From: Armatimonadota bacterium
GTDB lineage: Bacteria > Armatimonadota > UBA5829 > DSUL01
Assembly: GCA_039811685.1 (NCBI GenBank)
Contig: JBDHZC010000005.1
Location: forward strand, 150,008-214,007
DNA: 64,000 bases
Direction of reading: 5' to 3'
Part shown: positions 1 to 10,209 of the stretch, piece by piece
How positions within the stretch are numbered: position 1 is the first letter of the stretch
Layout of the letters: the number at the start of each line of letters is the position of its first letter
Program-made: the position numbers and the translations under genes
Notes under the pieces: generated by a model
Database searches by the model: none
Told to the model about the DNA's origin: nothing
What the model saw: the letters and a program-made list of their open reading frames with translations, nothing else

Positions 1-840
1 ATTGGAGATGGTGTGGTGCGGGCTGCGAAAGGCGCGCCTGGTAACCAGGGCCTCATCCTGTTGCATAAGTCCCGCCACCGAGTACAGCTTTGTCGTCTCC
101 AGCGCCTCCTCCAGAGTCAGGCTGGGGAGGATGGTCGGCAGACGGCGCGCGAGCATGGTTTTCCCAGAGCCAGGTGGCCCGATCATCAGCACGTTGTGAC
201 CACCGGCAGCCGAGACCTCCAGCGCCCGCTTCACCTGCTGCTGACTTTTGACGTCTGAGAAGCAGACCGGGTAAGGAGGCTCCTGGAGTTCGACGTCGGC
301 GATCGAAGCCTGGATGGGCTCTGCGGCGAATCCACTTTGAATGAGTTCGTACACTTCAGCCAGATTGCTGACACCATAGACGGGCGGCCCCTGGACAATA
401 GCGCCTTCGCCTGCGTTGCTCACCGGCACAATGAGGCGCTTCACTCCGTCACACTTGGCTTTGATTGCAATGGGCAGAACACCCTGCGTGCTGCGCACAG
501 ATCCGTCCAGAGACAGCTCTCCAAGAAAGAGACACCCTTCCAGCTTGTCTATCTCTATCTGTCCGGTAGCCGCCAGCAGGCCCATAGCAATGGGCAGATC
601 AAAGGATGGCCCTTCTTTGCGGACATCTGCCGGCGCAAGGTTGATGGTGATGCGCCGCTGGGGAAAATCGAAACCGGAGTTTTTAACGGCGCTGCGGACG
701 CGCTCACGGGATTCCTGCACGGCCGTATCTGGCAGGCCAACGATGGTAAATGCGGGGAGTCCTCCCAGCAGATCCACTTCGACGTCAACTAAGTAGGCGT
801 CCACGCCCAGGACTGCGCTGGATGTTATACGTGCAAGCAT
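1..840 (-). CDS. comM: YifB/ComM family Mg-chelatase-like AAA+ ATPase (3' end runs off the window)
   Basis: Not in the ORF track because there is no stop in the window. Manual translation from ATG at 840: [23 protein letters not shown]...[19 protein letters not shown]...[22 protein letters not shown]...[25 protein letters not shown]...FRSPHHT. Confidence 0.95.
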   Translation of the reverse strand, partial: MLARITSSAVLGVDAYLVDVEVDLLGGLPAFTIVGLPDTAVQESRERVRSAVKNSGFDFPQRRITINLAPADVRKEGPSFDLPIAMGLLAATGQIEIDKLEGCLFLGELSLDGSVRSTQGVLPIAIKAKCDGVKRLIVPVSNAGEGAIVQGPPVYGVSNLAEVYELIQSGFAAEPIQASIADVELQEPPYPVCFSDVKSQQQVKRALEVSAAGGHNVLMIGPPGSGKTMLARRLPTILPSLTLEEALETTKLYSVAGLMQQDEALVTRRAFRSPHHTISN

Positions 841-868
841 AGATGGAGCCCCGAGCCGGGGACGCTCC

Positions 869-898
869 ATTATAAGTCGCGGCCTGACCCGCCGTCAA
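869..898 (-). promoter_or_regulatory. sigma70-type promoter for comM/yifB
   Basis: TTGACG-18 nt-TATAAT on the minus strand, about 28 nt upstream of the ATG. Confidence 0.7.
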
Positions 899-1203
899 TT
901 CATACGCCTTGCCCCATCCAAGATCAAACCAGAAAAATCGGAGAGGCCACACGGAATGAAAACAGCCTGGGGAGCAATTCGTGGAAGCCAACGTGGGTCC
1001 GTACCGTGGCGTTTTTTTAGTGTGATGCCGGCTTTTTCCAGCGCAGCGTCACTCGATTAGCCGTATGTTCAACTGTCCGAAACCGTAGCTCTGGCTTCGG
1101 AATTACGAGGTCTCTGGTCTGCTCCTGGTCGGCGCTGTGCGCACATGAGTCAGTCTCTGTGATATGCTGTCAAGTCTTGCGAAACTGTGGACGACACTAA
1201 TGG

Positions 1204-1941
1204 TTGCCGGTATTGCCTGAGATTTCCTACGATACATCCATCTTCCTGGCCTTCATTCTTGGAGCCTTTCACGTGCTGGAACCGGCGCACGGCCGCAGCA
1301 TTATCCATGCGCTGCTCGTGGGGTCGCGTGGCAGCAAGCTGGACGTGGTGAAGTTTGGCTCTGCCGTCATGGTCTCCCATCTGGGCCTGGCTACGGTGCT
1401 GGCCGTAATCGTGTGGTTTGCGGGGGAGCGCGTGGGCTCGCAGGTTGTCGCCCCGGCGTTCAAGATCATCGGTTCACTGGCGACGGTGGGAATCGGTGTT
1501 TTCATGCTCACGTGTGGCGTCGGGCGCCACACCACTTGCGTTCACAAACATCACGGTATCGAGTTCGAGCATGACCCGGCGCACGAAGAAATCCACGCGC
1601 GACACATGCTGCAGGCGCATGTTGTCAACCCAACAATTCTGGGTGTAACGGGCGGCCTCATTCCCTGTCAGGGAACTATCGCGCTCATCACTCTTGCTGT
1701 AGGCGCCGGGCGGCTTCAGTCCGCAATCTGGCTTCTTCTGTCGTTTGCTCTCGGACTTGGGCTGTGTCTGATGGTTGTGGGGCTGATTACGGCTATGGGT
1801 CGCGCTCGGGCCGAGTCTCTGTCGCAGAAGCTCGGAGGTTCAACAGCGCTGGCGCTTGCGCCAGGTGTGGTCGTTGCGCTGATGGGCTTGATTTCGCTGG
1901 GCTTTTCGGTAGCCGAAATTACAAGCGGGCACGTTCACTGA
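1204..1941 (+). CDS. RcnA/HoxN-like nickel/cobalt transporter
   Basis: LGAFHVLEPAHGR resembles the HALEPGHGK motif. His-rich loop (HTTCVHKHHG...HEEIHARH), GLIPC motif, about 6 hydrophobic segments. TTG start. Confidence 0.8.
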   Translation: MPVLPEISYDTSIFLAFILGAFHVLEPAHGRSIIHALLVGSRGSKLDVVKFGSAVMVSHLGLATVLAVIVWFAGERVGSQVVAPAFKIIGSLATVGIGVFMLTCGVGRHTTCVHKHHGIEFEHDPAHEEIHARHMLQAHVVNPTILGVTGGLIPCQGTIALITLAVGAGRLQSAIWLLLSFALGLGLCLMVVGLITAMGRARAESLSQKLGGSTALALAPGVVVALMGLISLGFSVAEITSGHVH

Positions 1942-1974
1942 GACTTTCAGCAAAGCCCTCTCTTCCCGGAAAAA

Positions 1975-4806
1975 CTACAGCTCCACCAGAGCGAAGTGCT
2001 CGTGGAACCATTCGGGGTCTTCCCGCTCCATCAGACGGTGGCGGTCTTCGTGGCAGGTCACCAGAATCACCTGGTTGTCCTGATTGACCCGCTCCGCCAA
2101 CAGACGCATTCCCTTGCGGAAGCGCGGATCGTCCCAGGTCAGAAACGGGTCGTCGAGGAGGATTGGCACAGCTTCATCGCGTGACAGAGCGCGGCAGATA
2201 CCGGTCCTGGCGGCAAACCACACCTGATCTCTGGCGCCCGAAGACAGGTGCGCGCTTGCTTCCAGCATATCCAGCCAGCGCCCGGACGAAGCGTCACGCA
2301 CTTTGAAAGAGAGGTCTTCGGAGAAGACCACGTCCGACCAGTTTACGTCAAGCTCCTTGAGCATGCCATTCGCCGCAGAGTTGAGCCACAGCGCCCACTG
2401 TCTGCGAGCGTTCTCTCCCACATCCGAGAGTACGCCAATAGCAATTTCAGCGGCTTTTTGAAATCTCTGAGCGCGGTCGAGATAGGCCTGCAACCGGGCA
2501 GCGTCGTCTTCCACCTGCGGGAGGTCCTGCCGGATACGGTTCAGCGTCTCCCACAGCCCGGCGGATAACTCCGTGTGGCGGGCGGTAGTGAACTGAAGCT
2601 GAGACCGAATCTCGTCAAGACGCGCGCGCGCCTGTCCGGCGGCCTGAGAGGTCTGAGGCCCCGTCCGCAAGCCAACCAGACGTGTCTCAAGCTCGGCCTT
2701 TTCACTCAGCAACGCGCTGAGTTCCTCGCCGGGGATCAGTCCCACCTGTCTGGCCGGAAGAAGCTCACTTGTCAGATAGTGATAGCGCCGTGTTTTTTCC
2801 GCCTGCTCGACGAACTGTGCCGTCGCCTCATCCAGCCCGCCCTGTGGTGGGATGCCGGCTTTCTGGAGGATTTCCAGAATCTCCTGTTTTTGTCTGCTGA
2901 GCTGCTCGCGCAGCGCTTCTACTTCACTTGAGAGCGTGTCATATCGCGCTTTGATCTGAGCGCGCTCGCGTGAAAGCTCCATCATCTGCGATGCTGCCAG
3001 AGCCAGGCGCTGAATCTCTGTGGAGTTTGTTTCCGCCGTCGAGAGCTGCTGCCCACATTCTGCGGCCACGGATATCGCTTTGAACTGCGCCGCTTCGAGC
3101 CTCTCGGACATCTCACGCATGCTGGTGTGCACGCGCGCCCATTCCCGGATCAAATGCCGATTGCCGACGTACTGCAGCCAGTCCTCGGCTGCCGCGCGTC
3201 CGGACTCGAGTCCCAGATTCTGAGCTGCCTTGTCCGCCTTTTTGTGCAGCTCTTCCAACTCCGCAGAGCGTTTGGCGTACTCCAGGGCAATTTCTCCCAG
3301 ACTCTTATCCAGAGACGCAATTTCTGTTTTTCGCGAGAGAGCCTGGTTGGCCTGCACAGCGCAAAGCAGCAGAAACAGCGCAGACAGCCCCGTGCACACA
3401 TAGAAAACCGGCCCCACGCCCGCAAACAGCGACACCCCGCCAAAGGCCGCGGCGCACACCATCAGAAAGGCAGACACGACAGCAAACCGTTTGTGCAGCG
3501 CCTTTCGCTTGAGCAGGCCGTCTTTCGCGCCGTTCTTCTCCTCTTCACTGCGGCGGTAGCCTTCGCGATCCTGATCGTACACGCGTGTGCGCTCGATCCA
3601 CGTCGTAATCGCCAACTGATCGTCATACAAAGCGGAGTCAAAGCAGTTGTACAGCCGCTCCGCGCTCTTTTCCGTCAAAGAGTTCTGATCCAGCAGACGC
3701 CCTAAGGACTCCAGCTGCCCCTTCACCGCCTTTTGATCGCGCTCCAGCTCTCTGAGAACCGTCGCCGAGTCGCGCAGCAGATCGGCCTGCGTCTGTCCCG
3801 CCTCTGCCAGCAGCCCAGCCTGTCCAAGTTCTCCCTCCAGCTCATCGAGCTTGCCTTTGATCTCCTCGAGCTGCGTGTCCTTTTCCAGAAGTACGGGAGC
3901 ATTCGTCTGAACGGAGATGGCCAGGCGAGTCAGAGTGTCCTGGCTGGCCTGCGGAAAGTCTTTGAGGTATTCCAGAGCTTCCGCCTCCTGCTGAAGGCCG
4001 AGGGATTCCATTTCTGAGTGCTGATGCCGGGCGAGACGCTCATTGATCTCGGCAAGCCGCAGGCGGGCCTCTTCAGCGCCAGCTTCTTCTTCCTCTGCCT
4101 TAAGCGCCTCGATACGGCGCTCAAGGTCTTCCATTTCCGCGATTTCCGCCGAACGCTGCGCCCGCTGCGCTTCCATTTCCGTTTTGCGCGTCTCAGCCTC
4201 GCTCAGTTGAGCCTGCGCTCGGGCAATGGCCGTCGAGAGCAAAACCAGATTGCCGTTCGGATCGCGGTAGCGCTGCGTAGAGTGTTCAATGAGCTTGGCC
4301 GCCGCTTCTGCTGTCAGCTCTGATCCGGACAGCAACTCTTCCAGCCGCTCGCGCACACCGCCGGAATCACTGAGCTGCAGCGTCTCCTTGCCTGAAATGC
4401 ACGACAGCCGCCTGAAGTCCTCCGCGCTTATGCCCAGCCAGGCGCGCGCGCCTTCCCCGTTTGTTGAAGGAGTGAGGTCTTCTCCGCTGGTAAGGTTCAT
4501 GGCTTGATAGCGCTTGCCGCCAAAATCCCGAATGAGCCGGACATGCGAACTCTGCACCTCCACATCCAGCTCTAGCCCGAACTCTTCAGACTCCCAGGGC
4601 TCATACACTGTTTTGAGCGGCACTTTGGTTCTGGAGGCGCGCTCCTTCTCCGGCAGGCCGTAAAGCCCTGCAATAATCGCTTCGAGCAGAGCAGTCTTCC
4701 CACTCTCGTTAGGGCGGGCAATCAATGCGACCTTATTCTCAGGCAAATGGATTTCGCGGTTGATCAACTTTCCAAAACCGCGAACCAGCAGCTTCTTAAT
4801 GCGCAT
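1975..4806 (-). CDS. YhaN-like SMC/Rad50-family ATPase with central membrane segments
   Basis: MRIKKLLVRGFGKL start, Walker A PNESGKT, long coiled coil, signature LSSGARDQ, Walker B ILLDDPF, terminal VTCH. Confidence 0.9.
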   Translation of the reverse strand: MRIKKLLVRGFGKLINREIHLPENKVALIARPNESGKTALLEAIIAGLYGLPEKERASRTKVPLKTVYEPWESEEFGLELDVEVQSSHVRLIRDFGGKRYQAMNLTSGEDLTPSTNGEGARAWLGISAEDFRRLSCISGKETLQLSDSGGVRERLEELLSGSELTAEAAAKLIEHSTQRYRDPNGNLVLLSTAIARAQAQLSEAETRKTEMEAQRAQRSAEIAEMEDLERRIEALKAEEEEAGAEEARLRLAEINERLARHQHSEMESLGLQQEAEALEYLKDFPQASQDTLTRLAISVQTNAPVLLEKDTQLEEIKGKLDELEGELGQAGLLAEAGQTQADLLRDSATVLRELERDQKAVKGQLESLGRLLDQNSLTEKSAERLYNCFDSALYDDQLAITTWIERTRVYDQDREGYRRSEEEKNGAKDGLLKRKALHKRFAVVSAFLMVCAAAFGGVSLFAGVGPVFYVCTGLSALFLLLCAVQANQALSRKTEIASLDKSLGEIALEYAKRSAELEELHKKADKAAQNLGLESGRAAAEDWLQYVGNRHLIREWARVHTSMREMSERLEAAQFKAISVAAECGQQLSTAETNSTEIQRLALAASQMMELSRERAQIKARYDTLSSEVEALREQLSRQKQEILEILQKAGIPPQGGLDEATAQFVEQAEKTRRYHYLTSELLPARQVGLIPGEELSALLSEKAELETRLVGLRTGPQTSQAAGQARARLDEIRSQLQFTTARHTELSAGLWETLNRIRQDLPQVEDDAARLQAYLDRAQRFQKAAEIAIGVLSDVGENARRQWALWLNSAANGMLKELDVNWSDVVFSEDLSFKVRDASSGRWLDMLEASAHLSSGARDQVWFAARTGICRALSRDEAVPILLDDPFLTWDDPRFRKGMRLLAERVNQDNQVILVTCHEDRHRLMEREDPEWFHEHFALVEL

Positions 4807-5971
4807 TGGGAGCCTTTCCGTAGATGGCGTCCAGTCCAAGGTAAAGCGCTTCGTCCAGCACACTCTGATCTTCGGCTCCGGACTGTTTCATCTCCTGAAT
4901 CCGGCGCACAAAGCGCCCTGGCAGGCCTTCAGATGCCGCGGGATCCATCAGCGCGTCAATGTCGTAGTCGGGAACCACCTGGGATGTGTCGCAGGTGAAG
5001 GCATAGAAGCGATCAGTCATGAAGCCCGGTTGCATCTCCAGCGATATCTCCCGAGCTATCCGGCCTGTGAACTGCACATAGAGCAGGTCCCCACCGGGGT
5101 GTTCCACTGCCGCGTTCTCCACCGCTCCCATGATCTCCGGCAGCCCTTTGCCCGTAACATCCACTGAAAGCTTCCAGAGGCTGCGAGAAGATATTGCGCA
5201 GAACTCGGCGGTGACGCCAGAAGAGGTTGTTTCGATCAACAGGGCGCCTTTCGGGCCGCATTCATCCAACCCGCGTCCCTGAGGACACCCGCTATAGGCG
5301 CCCAGAGCCTTCCCGTTCTCATCAGCAAATATCCGGGCGCTGTGATAGTGCCCGGCGGCTATCCAGCTTACCTGCTGGCGCTCCAGGTCTTCGGTTGTAA
5401 ACGGGAGAGTGTTGTCTTTCTCAGGCAGGTCCACAGCTTTGTACGAACCGTGCACCATCAGAATGCGCGTGGGAGTTGCCCCGCAGTCCACTTTCTCAGA
5501 AAGCAGGCGCTCTTGAATCTGGGAGGACTGCGTATGGGCAAGCGACGTGACGGAGAATCTCCCGTCCGCGCTGGTGAGCGTCTGAAAGGTGGGTGAGGTG
5601 AAAACGTGGGCGTTTTCCGGCCAGGCTGACTGCGGATAGCGCTGTGCCCACATGGAGTGGTAGGGGCTTCCGGGCCAGAGTGGATCGTGGTTGCCAGGCG
5701 CGATGAAAACCGGAATTGGCGCTATCTCGCGGATGCAGGAAACCGCCCATGACACGTGCTCGGGATGCACGCTTTCGTCGTCAAAGAGATCTCCTGGAAT
5801 GAGAACAGCGTCCACAGAGCGCTCTTTGGCCAGCAGCATAGCGCGGCGGAATGTGTCCCGCACGCAGCGAGTCAGCTCTTCGCACTGGGCCGGGCTCAGC
5901 CAGTTCAGGCCGACCCGCGATCCGAGATGAACGTCTGAAACTTGCAGAAACCTCACGTGTTCCTCACCCAT
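4796..5971 (-). CDS. YhaO/SbcD/Mre11-like metallophosphoesterase nuclease
   Basis: Motifs SDVHLG, GDLFD, PGNHD, MVHG, AGHYH, YSGCPQGRGLDE. Overlaps the start of the ATPase gene. Confidence 0.9.
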   Translation of the reverse strand: MGEEHVRFLQVSDVHLGSRVGLNWLSPAQCEELTRCVRDTFRRAMLLAKERSVDAVLIPGDLFDDESVHPEHVSWAVSCIREIAPIPVFIAPGNHDPLWPGSPYHSMWAQRYPQSAWPENAHVFTSPTFQTLTSADGRFSVTSLAHTQSSQIQERLLSEKVDCGATPTRILMVHGSYKAVDLPEKDNTLPFTTEDLERQQVSWIAAGHYHSARIFADENGKALGAYSGCPQGRGLDECGPKGALLIETTSSGVTAEFCAISSRSLWKLSVDVTGKGLPEIMGAVENAAVEHPGGDLLYVQFTGRIAREISLEMQPGFMTDRFYAFTCDTSQVVPDYDIDALMDPAASEGLPGRFVRRIQEMKQSGAEDQSVLDEALYLGLDAIYGKAPNAH

Positions 5972-6128
5972 GGCGCTCACCGGCTGAATACAGTGCCACG
6001 TGCGCAACGCTCACAGAAGCCAGGCAGGAACGCCGCAGCCGGACGCCGACGCTCTATTTTCGGCACTTTGACGCTTATCTTCCAGATGCGAATTCCTCAC
6101 CAGAAACGCACCCGAGACACCTGCCGCG

Positions 6129-7352
6129 CTAGGCTTTCTCCAGTTCAAAAGCCTGGTGCAGCACACGCACCGCCTGCTGAATATCGTCAGAGTTGATCAA
6201 TACAGTGATGCGAATCTCGCTTGTTGTGATGGAAAGGATGTTGATTCCAGCCTCAGCAAGCGCGGAGAACATTTTGTCCGCATAGCCCGGGTGCGAGCGA
6301 ATGCCCGTGCCGACAATGGAGACCTTGGCCACATCTTCATCCACCGTCACCTCACCGGCGTTCAAGTCCTTGGCGACGGCGGTAGTGACCGCCAACGCCG
6401 TGCCAAAGTCCTCGTCGTTCACGGTGAAGGAGAGATCCGTCACGCCTTTTGAAGAGACGTTTTGCACGATAATGTCAACGCTCACATTCTTCTCGGCAAG
6501 GGCGTGGAAAATGCGGGAGGCTGCGCCGGGAATGTCCGGCACGCTTGCTACAGTAATGCGGTTGGTTTTCGCATCATGCGCAATTCCTCGTACCGGATTG
6601 CGAATTTCCATCTGCTCGTCTTCATGTCTGATCACTGTACCGGGTGCCTCCGTCTGGCTGTGCGCCACCAAAATCTCAATATCGTATAGCTCACCGAGCT
6701 CTACCGCGCGCGAGTGCATCACCTTCGCGCCCTGTCCCGCAAGCTCCAACATCTCTTCGTAAGAAACGCTGTCCAGCTTGCGCGCTTCCGGGACAATGCG
6801 CGGGTCTGTGGTGTAAACGCCCTCGACATCCGTGTATATCTCGCAGCGGTCCGCGTCCAGAGCGCGCGCCACAGCCACAGCGGTAGTGTCCGATCCGCCG
6901 CGCCCCAGCGTCGTAATGTCAGCCCAACTGGCGTGCTCCGTAATGCCCTGAAATCCCGCGATGACCAGTACGTTGCCCTTGTCCAGCTCGCGGCGCATGC
7001 GTGTTGGGTCAATTTTCGAGATACGCGCTTTGCGATGAACCACTTCCGTGATAATGCCAGCCTGTCCGCCTGTCAGGGACACGGCCTTGCAGCCAAGTGA
7101 CTGAAGCGCCATTGTCATCAGAGCGCTTGAGGCTTGCTCGCCTGTTGCCAGCAGCTTGTCCATCTCGCGGGGGTCAGGAGCTGTGCTGAGCTGTTGCGCG
7201 AGAGCGATGAGGTTGTCCGTGGTTTTTCCCATAGCGCTGACCACGATCGCTACATCCGCTTTTTCGCGTGTCCGGGCTACGCGCGTCGCCACCGCCATTA
7301 TCCGGTCGGCATCCGCAACCGAGCTGCCCCCGTACTTCTGCACCACAAGCAT
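6129..7352 (-). CDS. lysC: Aspartate kinase
   Basis: VQKYGGSSV, VVSAMGKTTD, TTLGRGGSDTTA, YTDVEGVYTTDPR, two C-terminal ACT domains. Confidence 0.97.
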   Translation of the reverse strand: MLVVQKYGGSSVADADRIMAVATRVARTREKADVAIVVSAMGKTTDNLIALAQQLSTAPDPREMDKLLATGEQASSALMTMALQSLGCKAVSLTGGQAGIITEVVHRKARISKIDPTRMRRELDKGNVLVIAGFQGITEHASWADITTLGRGGSDTTAVAVARALDADRCEIYTDVEGVYTTDPRIVPEARKLDSVSYEEMLELAGQGAKVMHSRAVELGELYDIEILVAHSQTEAPGTVIRHEDEQMEIRNPVRGIAHDAKTNRITVASVPDIPGAASRIFHALAEKNVSVDIIVQNVSSKGVTDLSFTVNDEDFGTALAVTTAVAKDLNAGEVTVDEDVAKVSIVGTGIRSHPGYADKMFSALAEAGINILSITTSEIRITVLINSDDIQQAVRVLHQAFELEKA

Positions 7353-7430
7353 ACTGAATCTGTCCCTCTAGCGCGTGCTTTTTGCGCCGCCGGCAATCTT
7401 GGAAAACCGTTGGCATTTTAGCACGGACGG

Positions 7431-7826
7431 TCAAGGCCGTCTGAGGGCGCCCGGTAACTGGATGCGGGTCAGTTGTTTGCGTGAAGGATTTAGCAGGTCC
7501 TCCGGCTCTTTCGGCTCATACGCGGCGATGTACCAGGCTACGCCGATGTCCAGGAGAGGAACGATCATCAGCGCGCCAAGCCAGTCCGGCTTGTCCATGG
7601 ATCGCGCAATCTCCATCCAGAGAAGCGCCCACACCAGGATGTTTATAACGGGAAGAAGAAGCCCAACAAGCCACAGAAGGTTTTTGTCCGCTATCTCGCA
7701 CACCAGATAGAGCTGGAGAAGGGGAATGAACGCCATCCATTCGTTGTCAGTTGAGGTCTTTGTGGCGACGACGTATATGGGTATGGCAATCGCCACATAG
7801 CTAATGACCAGCCAAATGTACTCCAC
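7431..7826 (-). CDS. Small membrane protein (DUF5684-like)
   Basis: WMAFIPLLQLY...LLLPVINI...IARSMDK pattern. GGAGG RBS before a GTG start. Confidence 0.7.
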   Translation of the reverse strand: MEYIWLVISYVAIAIPIYVVATKTSTDNEWMAFIPLLQLYLVCEIADKNLLWLVGLLLPVINILVWALLWMEIARSMDKPDWLGALMIVPLLDIGVAWYIAAYEPKEPEDLLNPSRKQLTRIQLPGALRRP

Positions 7827-7870
7827 AGTAAATACCTCCCTGCAGTCCGCGACAGCGGGCGGCTTGTTCC

Positions 7871-7899
7871 ACTGTAAGCCTTCCAGATATGCCTGTCAA
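7871..7899 (-). promoter_or_regulatory. sigma70-type promoter upstream of the membrane-protein gene and lysC
   Basis: TTGACA-17 nt-TACAGT on the minus strand. Confidence 0.65.
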
Positions 7900-7917
7900 G
7901 CATAGAGGCGCAGGATG

Positions 7918-9015
7918 CTAGTCGAGGTCGAAGAAGCGCTGTAGAATTGCGCTCGCCGTCTCCACCTGTGCCAGTGGAACGCTCTCTCGGTCAGTGTGCG
8001 CCAGAGCTATGTCCCCCGGACCGAAGACAACCGAGGGCAGCCCAGCCGCCGAATAGACGGCGGCGTCAGTCGCGTAGTTTGCGGAGATGCTGGGGAGCGT
8101 GGAGGCGTCTATGAGACGGCGCACAAGAGGCAGGTCTTCGGGAGTCTCCAGCGCAGGGCCCGCCAGATATGGCGCGTGAATTTCCACATCTGACGGGAGG
8201 TGCGACCGCAACTCATCCAGCAGCGCCTCCTGCGTGTCTCCCGGGAGGCTTCTCACGTCCACATGCGCTGACGCCGAAGCCGGAATCACATTGGCGGCCT
8301 GTCCGCCCTCAATCATATTCACCGAAAGCGTCCGCGTTCCAAGCCCCGCTCTCTCCTCACTCGACCAGCGTTCGGCCTGCTCTTGCAGCGCTGTGATCGC
8401 TGTAGCCAGAGGATAGATAGCGTTGACGCCCAGCTCGGGTGTGGCGGAGTGGCAGCTTTTCCCTTTCGCGCCAAGCACAAAGCGCATAACGCCCTTGTGC
8501 CGGGTGAGGATATGCAAGTGTGTCGGTTCCCCGGCGATCACCAGATCGGCTTTCAGGTGAGTCGCGGCTGCCTGTGAGCCTGCAAAGCCCGCTTCCTCAT
8601 CGCAGACGGCGGCAAAGGTCAGGTTGAAGGCGCAGTCACCGCGCCGCGCCGCTTCAAGAAAACTGTGCGCAAAGACCGCCAGACTCGCTTTCGTGTCGCA
8701 GCTTCCACGTCCGAAGATTGTCCCGTCCCGCTCGATCGGGTCAAAAGGATCGCCTTCCCAGTCCTCTGCGGGTACAGTGTCAGTATGCGCGGACAGAACC
8801 ACCGTCTGAGGCTTGCCGAAGTCCAGGTGCGCAAACAGATTTGGCCGTCCCGGAAGGACTTCGCGCAGTTCGCAGTCCAGGCCCGGCTGCTTGAACAAAG
8901 CGCTGAGATACGCGCAGACGTCGGCTTCTCCGTCCGGGCTGAACTCCGGCCTGATACTCGGGCTCACGCTGCGGATAGCGACAAGGTCTTTGAGGACTGA
9001 TCTGATATCCTTCAC
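7918..9015 (-). CDS. M20 family metallo-amidohydrolase (ArgE/DapE-like)
   Basis: SAHTDTV, GRGSCDTK, DEE, GEPT, ATDA, GPGDIALAHT. Confidence 0.9.
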   Translation of the reverse strand: MKDIRSVLKDLVAIRSVSPSIRPEFSPDGEADVCAYLSALFKQPGLDCELREVLPGRPNLFAHLDFGKPQTVVLSAHTDTVPAEDWEGDPFDPIERDGTIFGRGSCDTKASLAVFAHSFLEAARRGDCAFNLTFAAVCDEEAGFAGSQAAATHLKADLVIAGEPTHLHILTRHKGVMRFVLGAKGKSCHSATPELGVNAIYPLATAITALQEQAERWSSEERAGLGTRTLSVNMIEGGQAANVIPASASAHVDVRSLPGDTQEALLDELRSHLPSDVEIHAPYLAGPALETPEDLPLVRRLIDASTLPSISANYATDAAVYSAAGLPSVVFGPGDIALAHTDRESVPLAQVETASAILQRFFDLD

Positions 9016-9057
9016 AAGCGCATGTTGCGCCAGCGCGCGCCGGAGCGCAAGGCGTCT

Positions 9058-10197
9058 TTAGGAAGCGGCGCCAACGGCCTGCCGGACACCGGAGATACCG
9101 CGTGTGTTTTTCAGGTGGAGCAGACCCGCGACTAATCCGTCCGAAGGGTCCAGAAGCAGCTTGTAGAGGACCTGCTCAAATTTGTTGAAGCTGCGCTTTG
9201 GCGGCTCGCTCACGCGCCCCGCCACCAGGCTGTATATCTGGACGGTGGACGCGCCGCTCAAAATATAATCCAGCGCGTGCAGCCCGGTGTACACGCCTCC
9301 GGAGGCGCTGAGTTGCATTTCCGGCAGCGCCTTGCGGAGCAGCCCGATGTCTGATACTACTGTCGCGCGCGACTGCTTGCGAAGGGTATCGACGCGCATG
9401 GCTGATCGGTGGGCTACGGTCAGGCCGGCCGGTACTCGGGAGGCGCTTTTGATTGCTGAAGCGCAGGCCATGAGTACCATTGAAGAGGTCTGCAGCTTAG
9501 GCCACAACGCCGCTTTGCTCTCGTCAATCAGACTTCCAATAGCGCTCAAAAAAGCCGAAGCCCGCGCAGCCGCTTCTTCCGCGGAAGTCGTGTCAAAATC
9601 TGCCGGCAGCGGTATCTCCAGAACGTCAGACCCCGCCTCGTGAAGCTGTGTAGCTGTGTGTGTCCACTCCTCGCGCAGTGTCTCTCCCTCTCGCGGAATC
9701 TGCCCGAGAAAGGAGCCGATTACCTGCGTTTGACTGGCTCTGACGGCCTCTGCGCAACTGCGTACGAACGCAATGTACTCATCCAGTCTCCGCGCGTCCA
9801 GTCGCCCGTGCCACCGCACAACAGGACGGTTGCGCCGTTTGTCAGAAGGCTCGTACGTGCTCGGTGTTCCGGAGGTCTCCAGCTTTGCCCGCTGGTCCTC
9901 CAGAGAGCTCATGCCCGAGCTGTCCTCAGCAGCCACCGTACGCAGGATTACCGCACCCCATCCAGCCTGCGCCGCCTTTTCAATCTGTGAAATCTCCTGC
10001 GTCATCTCGCCTGCGCCCACGACAAACGGATTGCGCAGCTTCAGCGGTCCGAAACTCGTCACCAGATCAACATCCAGCCGCTCGGCGACGATTTCAGGCA
10101 GATCCAAAGGGAGCGCTTCGCGAGCGTAGCGCTTCCAGAGGCGCTCCAGACGCTCCTTCTGACGCAGCGTCATCTCCAGATCCCGCGCTTTCAGCAA
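9058..10197 (-). CDS. Dihydroorotate/dihydropyrimidine dehydrogenase-fold FMN barrel protein (divergent)
   Basis: LKLRNPFVVGAG, GWGAVILRTV, WPKL, LSASGGVYTG..A..YI.SGASTVQIYS. The catalytic NxSCP loop is not recognisable. Confidence 0.65.
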   Translation of the reverse strand: MLKARDLEMTLRQKERLERLWKRYAREALPLDLPEIVAERLDVDLVTSFGPLKLRNPFVVGAGEMTQEISQIEKAAQAGWGAVILRTVAAEDSSGMSSLEDQRAKLETSGTPSTYEPSDKRRNRPVVRWHGRLDARRLDEYIAFVRSCAEAVRASQTQVIGSFLGQIPREGETLREEWTHTATQLHEAGSDVLEIPLPADFDTTSAEEAAARASAFLSAIGSLIDESKAALWPKLQTSSMVLMACASAIKSASRVPAGLTVAHRSAMRVDTLRKQSRATVVSDIGLLRKALPEMQLSASGGVYTGLHALDYILSGASTVQIYSLVAGRVSEPPKRSFNKFEQVLYKLLLDPSDGLVAGLLHLKNTRGISGVRQAVGAAS

Positions 10198-10209
10198 CTG
10201 CCGCGCCAG

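Noticed and set aside
2..796. Plus-strand ORFs 2-199, 13-258, 337-792 and 416-796
   Set aside because: Antisense shadows of comM/yifB on the minus strand.
900..1203. NiCo or cobalamin riboswitch upstream of the RcnA-like gene
   Set aside because: No recognisable consensus elements found by eye.
7353..7430. Lysine riboswitch before lysC
   Set aside because: The gap is under 80 nt, too short for this riboswitch.
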